DNA of 64,000 bases from Deltaproteobacteria bacterium (GTDB lineage: Bacteria; SAR324; NAC60-12), in the NCBI GenBank assembly GCA_038150265.1, contig JAYOTF010000003.1:32001-96000 (forward strand), read 5' to 3'. The notes under the pieces are model-generated. The model did not search any database and was not told the DNA's origin. It saw nothing but the letters and a program-made list of their open reading frames with translations. A program made the translations under genes and the position numbers. This document shows positions 58,461-64,000 of this stretch, one piece after another. Numbering within the stretch: the stretch's first letter is position 1; each line of letters opens with the position of its first letter.

Positions 58461-59285
58461 ATGAGTGCCGCTCCATCTGCAAGGCCGACCCTGCTGGCGG
58501 TCAACAACGTTGAGGTCATCTACAACCACGTCATCCTCGTCCTGAAGGGAGTCTCCCTGACGGTCAACCAGGGGAGCATTGTGGCACTGTTGGGCGCCAA
58601 CGGAGCAGGCAAGACCACCACCCTCAAGGCGGTCTCGAACCTCCTCCGTGCGGAGCGGGGGGAAGTCACCAAGGGCTCCATTGAGTTTGAGGGAAGCCGT
58701 GTCGACGCCCTCACTCCCAATGACCTGGTCCGACGGGGCTGCATTCAGGTCATGGAAGGACGGCACGTCTTCGGACACCTGACCACCGAAGAGAACCTGC
58801 TCACCGGCGCCTACACCCGTCGCGACGGACGAGGTGCCATTGCGCAGGACCTGGAGATGGTCTATGACTACTTTCCCCGCCTGCGGGTGCGTCGCTCGTC
58901 TCAGGCGGGTTACACGTCCGGAGGGGAGCAGCAGATGATCGCCATCGGACGCGCCCTGATGTCTCGCCCCAAGATGATCCTCCTGGATGAGCCCTCAATG
59001 GGTCTGGCGCCTCAGTTGGTGGAAGAGATTTTTGAGATCGTCAAGAGCCTCAACCAAAAGGAAGGAGTCAGCTTCCTGCTGGCCGAGCAGAACACCAACA
59101 TCGCCCTGCGGTATTCCACCTATGGCTACATTCTTGAAAATGGTCGGGTGGTGATGGATGGAGAGGCTTCCCACCTTCGGGAAAATGATGACGTCCAGGA
59201 GTTTTACCTGGGAGTGAGCGGCGACGGTCGCAAGAGCTTCCGGGATGTAAAGCACTACCGCCGCCGCAAACGCTGGCTCGGTTAA
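58461..59285 (+). CDS. livF: Liv-type ABC transporter ATPase (LivF-like)
   Basis: GANGAGKT, SGGEQQM, LLDEPSMGLAP, AEQN, GYILENG. Confidence 0.92.
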   Translation: MSAAPSARPTLLAVNNVEVIYNHVILVLKGVSLTVNQGSIVALLGANGAGKTTTLKAVSNLLRAERGEVTKGSIEFEGSRVDALTPNDLVRRGCIQVMEGRHVFGHLTTEENLLTGAYTRRDGRGAIAQDLEMVYDYFPRLRVRRSSQAGYTSGGEQQMIAIGRALMSRPKMILLDEPSMGLAPQLVEEIFEIVKSLNQKEGVSFLLAEQNTNIALRYSTYGYILENGRVVMDGEASHLRENDDVQEFYLGVSGDGRKSFRDVKHYRRRKRWLG

Positions 59286-60052
59286 GCCGCTTGCTGAACC
59301 GCTAGCTCGGCTTCCAGGGCATTCCAGAACTGCAACCGTGCTTCCAGCGCCCGCTGGGCCGCCCGCTGGGCTTCCTGCCACTTCCACTCATCCTGCCCGC
59401 ACACCCGCTTCAGCAGGGCCTGCGCCATTGGTCCATGACGCTCTTCGTCGTGATGAATGTGCTCATCCAGATAATGCCGGAAGAGTCCCCAGCGCTCTGG
59501 ATCCGACTCGGCCAGCTGGGTCACCAGCTTCTGAAACATCCCCGGAATGATGTCCTCACGCCCATACGCAAAGGCGGCCACTGTTTCATGCAGCTTGCCT
59601 CCCGCAATGATCTCAAAGGTCGTCTGCATGAACGCGGCGGCGCCCACCGGAAGCTCAGTGCGGCTCAGCAGTTCCAGCACCGGCGTTCCGGAAGCCACCT
59701 GCTCGAGGAAGGCGTCAATCGGCACACAATCGGCCCCGGCTTTGCGCATCGCGTCTCGGTAGAGCTCAAAGTGAGAGGCGTACCCACCTTCCGGATGCGG
59801 CGCGCTTTCTTCATCCAGAACAATCTCGTTGATCAGACGCCGCGCCTCGGTGTCGGCCGTAGGAAGCCACGGAACAGAGACACCGGTGAGTTGGATCTGC
59901 AATGACTTCAGAAGCGACTGGAAGTCCCAAACAGAAAACACGTGGGAACGGGTGAAGTGCTGAAGCTGCGCCTCATTCGTCACAGCTTGGTACACGGGAT
60001 GATCAAACAGCTGCGCCTTTACGGCATTCAGGTCGAGTTCCATAGCAGTCAA
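59282..60052 (-). CDS. DUF3050 family heme-oxygenase-like protein
   Basis: HVFSVWDFQSLLK, RLINEIVLDEES, SHFELY, GREDIIP, HIHHDEERHG. Confidence 0.82.
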   Translation of the reverse strand: MTAMELDLNAVKAQLFDHPVYQAVTNEAQLQHFTRSHVFSVWDFQSLLKSLQIQLTGVSVPWLPTADTEARRLINEIVLDEESAPHPEGGYASHFELYRDAMRKAGADCVPIDAFLEQVASGTPVLELLSRTELPVGAAAFMQTTFEIIAGGKLHETVAAFAYGREDIIPGMFQKLVTQLAESDPERWGLFRHYLDEHIHHDEERHGPMAQALLKRVCGQDEWKWQEAQRAAQRALEARLQFWNALEAELAVQQAA

Positions 60053-60801
60053 TTCAGGTCAAGAGAGGCAAGAAACGCATCCAGCTCGTGCAGCACCTCG
60101 TCTGCAACGGCTTCCAGCAGTAAAACATGCCCCGCCTCGGGAAACCAGCGAATCTGCTTCAGGCCAGAGGAAACCCGCTGGAGCAGCCTGGCGGCAAATT
60201 CCGGAGCCACCGTTTCATCCTTTCCCCCCTGAAAGACCAGAAGCGGCTGGTGCAGCCTGATGAGCTGCCCCCAGACTTCCCCCTGCAACCGAACCAACTC
60301 GCAGCCCGCCCGCAGCGGATTGACCGCATACCCCTGCCACCCAGACTCTTCCTTGCGGGACGCCCGCTTGGGAACCGACTCCACAAAGGGAGCCGCCGCA
60401 AACATCAGCATCTGCTCCCACCAGGGACGCGCCAACCGCAGCGCCGGCGCCAGCACCACCACCGCGTCCACCTCCGGATGCCGGGTTGCAAGATCCAGCG
60501 ACAGCATTCCTCCTGCAGACTCACCCACCAGAATCACCCGGTCGCACTGCGCCCGCAGCGCCTGGTACTCCTGAAGCACCAGGGCCCGCCAATCGTGCCG
60601 GGTCGTCCGATTCAGGTCAGTAGGCGTGGTTCCATGTCCCGGAAGCAACGGGGCTCGAACACTCCAGCCCTGCTGATGAAGGTGATGGGCCAGGCCCCGG
60701 ACTTCCACCGTTGTGGCCGTCAAGCCGTGCAGCAGCAACGCCCCCTTGCGTCCCCCTTCGAGAACCACTGGACCGCCGTCCAGTTCCGGATGAATAAGCA
60801 T
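60049..60801 (-). CDS. Alpha/beta hydrolase (carboxylesterase/monoacylglycerol lipase-like)
   Basis: LLHGLT, LPGHGT, nucleophile GESAGG, DETV, GH; ATG at 60801 (alternative TTG at 60813). Confidence 0.88.
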   Translation of the reverse strand: MLIHPELDGGPVVLEGGRKGALLLHGLTATTVEVRGLAHHLHQQGWSVRAPLLPGHGTTPTDLNRTTRHDWRALVLQEYQALRAQCDRVILVGESAGGMLSLDLATRHPEVDAVVVLAPALRLARPWWEQMLMFAAAPFVESVPKRASRKEESGWQGYAVNPLRAGCELVRLQGEVWGQLIRLHQPLLVFQGGKDETVAPEFAARLLQRVSSGLKQIRWFPEAGHVLLLEAVADEVLHELDAFLASLDLN

Positions 60802-60825
60802 AGTTGGTTTCAAAAAATCGATGAT

Positions 60826-61008
60826 CTAGCGAGAACTCCACCAGGTTACCAGCGCGACCAACCCGAGTAGGCAGAGCCCAATTCCCAGGGAAACCACGCT
60901 GATGGCAAACTCAGCGCTGTCCGGATCGGTCACAAAGACGAGCACACAGGAGGTCCCGGCCACAAACCAGCCCGCCCGGAAGAACGCCTTCAGCAGCTCA
61001 GGCGCCAT
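60826..61008 (-). CDS. Small two-TM membrane protein (60 aa)
   Basis: MAPELLKAFFRAGWFV... preceded by GGAGGAGG; overlaps the oppF end. Confidence 0.65.
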   Translation of the reverse strand: MAPELLKAFFRAGWFVAGTSCVLVFVTDPDSAEFAISVVSLGIGLCLLGLVALVTWWSSR

Positions 61009-62023
61009 CCTCCTCCGCTGATGAACCATACCGTCGCAACGCCTGCCCCTGCAGCAAGGGCGCGCAGGCGACCTGAACCTGGTGCCCAGGGGAGCGCCCC
61101 AACTGCGGAATCGCCTGATCGCAGACGCCGGGAGCAAACCACGGGCAGCGTGGGTGAAAGGTGCACCCGGACGGCAACTCCGTCAGCTTCGGAATGTCTT
61201 CGCTCCGGAGCCGGATGTGCTGCTTGCTCCGCGTCTTCTCCGGGTCCGGTTCGGGGATTGCCGAAAGCAGCACCTGCGTGTAGGGATGCTGGGGCTGCGC
61301 AATCAGTTCCGGAGTCGGTCCCACCTCCACGATCCGTCCGAGGTACATGACGGCAATCTGCCCCTCCCAGGCAAAGTACTTGGCCAGGGCCAGGTCATGC
61401 GTAATGAAGACAATCGTCACCCCCAGCTCATCCCGGAGCCTCATCATCATCTGAAGCAGCCCAATCCGGATGGAAACATCCACCATGCTTACCGACTCAT
61501 CGGCCACAATCAGCGAGGGATTCGTGGTCAGTGCCCGTGCAATGCTGACGCGCTGGCGCTGCCCGCCGCTCAGTTGGTAGGGGTACTTGTCGATCACGTC
61601 CCCAACCGGCGTCAGGTCCACCAGCTCCAGCAGCTCCGCCACCCGTTCGCGCGCGTGCCGACGGTTCCGGACCAGCTTGTGGTGCAGCAGCGGAAAGCTG
61701 AGCATCTGATCGATCGTGTGAACCGGATTCAGCGAGGCGTACGGGTCCTGATGAATGATCTGCACCGAACGGCGGTACTCCTTCAGGGCAGCTGGGCTGA
61801 GCGTCGCGACATCGTCTCCCTGAAAGTAGATCTGCCCTGCAGAAGGGGGCAGCAGCCCCGCAAGGATCTTCCCGGTGGTGGTCTTTCCGCAGCCACTCTC
61901 GCCCACCAGGCAAAGGAACTTCAACGGGTCCACCTCCAGGTTCACTTCCTGAAGCACCGGCACCTCGATCTTCCCCTTCCGGAAGGAGCGGGAGACGTTT
62001 TCAAGACGCATCAAGGCCGTCAT
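60998..62023 (-). CDS. oppF: Opp/Dpp-family ABC ATPase (OppF-like)
   Basis: GESGCGKT, QDPYASLNP, LSGGQRQR, ITHDL, HPYT, GCTFHPRC; start ATG 62023. Confidence 0.92.
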   Translation of the reverse strand: MTALMRLENVSRSFRKGKIEVPVLQEVNLEVDPLKFLCLVGESGCGKTTTGKILAGLLPPSAGQIYFQGDDVATLSPAALKEYRRSVQIIHQDPYASLNPVHTIDQMLSFPLLHHKLVRNRRHARERVAELLELVDLTPVGDVIDKYPYQLSGGQRQRVSIARALTTNPSLIVADESVSMVDVSIRIGLLQMMMRLRDELGVTIVFITHDLALAKYFAWEGQIAVMYLGRIVEVGPTPELIAQPQHPYTQVLLSAIPEPDPEKTRSKQHIRLRSEDIPKLTELPSGCTFHPRCPWFAPGVCDQAIPQLGRSPGHQVQVACAPLLQGQALRRYGSSAEEDGA

Positions 62024-63033
62024 GCAGACCCCTGTTGCCGATCGGTGATGGCTTCCGGATGCCAGCACGCCACCCGATGCTGGGCACGGGGCTGAAGCAC
62101 CGGCACGTCTTGCTGACACCGCTCGGAGGCAAAGGCACAGCGTGGGTGAAACTTGCACCCCGGAGGCGGATCAATCAGGTTCGGGGGAGACCCCTTGATG
62201 CTCGAAAGCTGATCCTTGCCGGGTTCCAGCTTCGGCACCGACGCCAGCAGGCCCTGGGTGTAGGGGTGCTGCGAGCGGTAAAACAGCTCATGGACGCCTC
62301 CGATTTCCACAATTTCTCCGGCATACATGGTGGCAACGGTGTCGGCCATTTCGGCCGCAAGGGCCAGGTCGTGACTGATGAAGATGATGCTGAACTGCAG
62401 CACCCGCTGCATCTCCCGGAGCACCTCAATCATCGCCCGCTGCGTGAGGATGTCCAGGGCCGTGGTCGGTTCATCCAGGATGACAATCTGGGGCTGCAGG
62501 AGGACCCCGAGTGCCAGCAGCGTCCGTTGCTTCATGCCGCCACTGAGTTCGTGAGGATACGAGGCATACACCCGTTCCGGATCCAGCCGCACCAGTTCCA
62601 GCAAACGCCAGGAGCGCTTCCGGACCTCCTTCCGGTCCGTCCAGCCGTGTGCCCGAGCCGTATCTTCAAAATGCTGAGCCACCGTCAGCACCGGATTGAA
62701 GGCATTTTGAGCCCCCTGAAACACCATGGCGCAGGCCTGCCAGCGGAAGCTCCGGAGCTGACGCTTGCTGAGCTGCAGGACCTCCCGGATTTCCTGCTGA
62801 TGCTGGTGCCGGATGGTCCCTGCGACAATCTGGGCATTCCGGGGAAGCTTGCGGATCAGCGAGAGGCTGACAGTGGTCTTGCCGCTGCCGCTCTCTCCAA
62901 TCAGGGCCAGGGCTTCGTTTTGATGAAGCCGAAAAGAGACGTTATTCGTCGCCAGCACCTCCCCACGTTCCGCCTGATAGATGATGGAGAGGGCCTCAAC
63001 GTCCAGCACCACGTTTTCCGGAAGAGCCTCCAT
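62020..63033 (-). CDS. oppD: Opp/Dpp-family ABC ATPase (OppD-like)
   Basis: GESGSGKT, YPHELSGGMKQR, LDEPTTALD, ISHDL, PPGCKFHPRC. Confidence 0.92.
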   Translation of the reverse strand: MEALPENVVLDVEALSIIYQAERGEVLATNNVSFRLHQNEALALIGESGSGKTTVSLSLIRKLPRNAQIVAGTIRHQHQQEIREVLQLSKRQLRSFRWQACAMVFQGAQNAFNPVLTVAQHFEDTARAHGWTDRKEVRKRSWRLLELVRLDPERVYASYPHELSGGMKQRTLLALGVLLQPQIVILDEPTTALDILTQRAMIEVLREMQRVLQFSIIFISHDLALAAEMADTVATMYAGEIVEIGGVHELFYRSQHPYTQGLLASVPKLEPGKDQLSSIKGSPPNLIDPPPGCKFHPRCAFASERCQQDVPVLQPRAQHRVACWHPEAITDRQQGSA

Positions 63034-64000
63034 CACTTTCCTCGCAAACGGGGGTCAAACAGCTCTTCCAGGGCCCGGGCAAAGAGAACCAGACAGACCT
63101 GAAACAGGGCGATCGCCAGCACCGGAGAGAGCGCCATGCTGATGCCATCCGGATTGAAGAGCGTGCCACGGGTCCGGCCAAAGAAGAGCATGATGCCCCA
63201 GGTGTAGTCATTGATTGGAGCCAGCCCCAGCACCACCAATCCGATCTGTTCGTACATGGCCGAGGTGATGGCAAAGATCAGGTTGATCGCCACAAAGCTG
63301 ATCATGTTGGGCAGGATCTCCCGGAACATGATGTGCGGCGTTCCGAGCCCAAGCGACCGGGCGGCTTCCACAAAGTCACGCTCCCGGAGGCTCAGCACCT
63401 GCGCCCGGATGGCCCGCATCAGCGCTGGCCACCCGAGGAGGCCAATCAGCACCCCCAGCAGCAGCGTGTTCTCAAACGAAATCAGCCCGGCCAGCACCAC
63501 CAGTAACGGAAAACGCGGGATCGCCAGAAACAGGTTGGTGATGGCCGTCAGCGACTGATCGACCACGCCGCCGAATAATGCCGCCAGTGACCCCAGGCAC
63601 ACCGCGAGCACCGTGGAAAGAATGCCGCCCAGCAGCGCTGTCAGGATCAGCACCCGGCCTCCATGCACAATGTGCGACGCCAGGTCCCGGCCCTGGGTAT
63701 CGGTTCCCAGCAGCGACATGGGCCCAAGGGTGGGGTTCGAGATCACCACCGTTTCCTGGATCAGCTTCTGAAAGGCGGGGTCGTCTGCCTGCTCCACGGC
63801 TTCCTTCCAGGCCTGAGAGTAAACAAGTGTCGCCGCGATCTTCTGGTTGGCCACATCCTTCAGCGCGGCCTCAATGCCGGGTCCGGAAATGCGGCTGCGC
63901 CACCGGTAGCGCTTGGCCTTGGGAGGCGTGTCTGTGGTCTCGGCAAACTCCTTGAGGAACAGCAGGCCTCCGGTCTGACTGACCACGCCCACCGTTTCTC
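63033..64000 (-). CDS. oppC: Opp/Dpp-family ABC permease (OppC-like), 5' end outside the window
   Basis: LLGTDTQGRD, EAA loop RERDFVEAARSLG, EILPN, C-terminal DPRLR; frame open to the window edge. Confidence 0.9.
   Translation of the reverse strand, partial: ETVGVVSQTGGLLFLKEFAETTDTPPKAKRYRWRSRISGPGIEAALKDVANQKIAATLVYSQAWKEAVEQADDPAFQKLIQETVVISNPTLGPMSLLGTDTQGRDLASHIVHGGRVLILTALLGGILSTVLAVCLGSLAALFGGVVDQSLTAITNLFLAIPRFPLLVVLAGLISFENTLLLGVLIGLLGWPALMRAIRAQVLSLRERDFVEAARSLGLGTPHIMFREILPNMISFVAINLIFAITSAMYEQIGLVVLGLAPINDYTWGIMLFFGRTRGTLFNPDGISMALSPVLAIALFQVCLVLFARALEELFDPRLRGK

Overview
GC-rich (roughly 60-65% by eye) bacterial chromosomal segment. Gene content and style (split atp operon with b and b' subunits, [11 protein letters not shown] EF-G, sigma54 activators, TAXI-TRAP) suggest a deltaproteobacterial-type organism, possibly SAR324; this is inference only. 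About 50 CDSs, mostly housekeeping (atpAHFF', ispF, fusA, aat, sodB, ligA, argJ, argC, yggS, metY, mutM, rsmH, ybeY, pyk, ruvA, ssb, smc, hisD), plus three transport loci (DctBD-linked TAXI-TRAP, acyl-CoA ligase with Liv-type ABC, Opp-type ABC). No rRNA, tRNA, CRISPR array or transposase was recognised. Main signals missed by the ORF track: (1) two adjacent genes at 34239-35463 (- strand), each with an in-frame TGA in a UxxC motif followed by a SECIS-like hairpin, giving a PrdB/GrdB-like and an ArsC/thioredoxin-fold selenoprotein; they are coupled to argC and share a CATG start overlap with yggS; (2) strong over-representation of the palindrome TCCGGA, reminiscent of HIP1, which is absent from a 1.9 kb lower-GC patch; (3) a complete sigma54 promoter with tandem enhancer palindromes upstream of the TAXI-TRAP operon, plus two more candidate sigma54 promoters.
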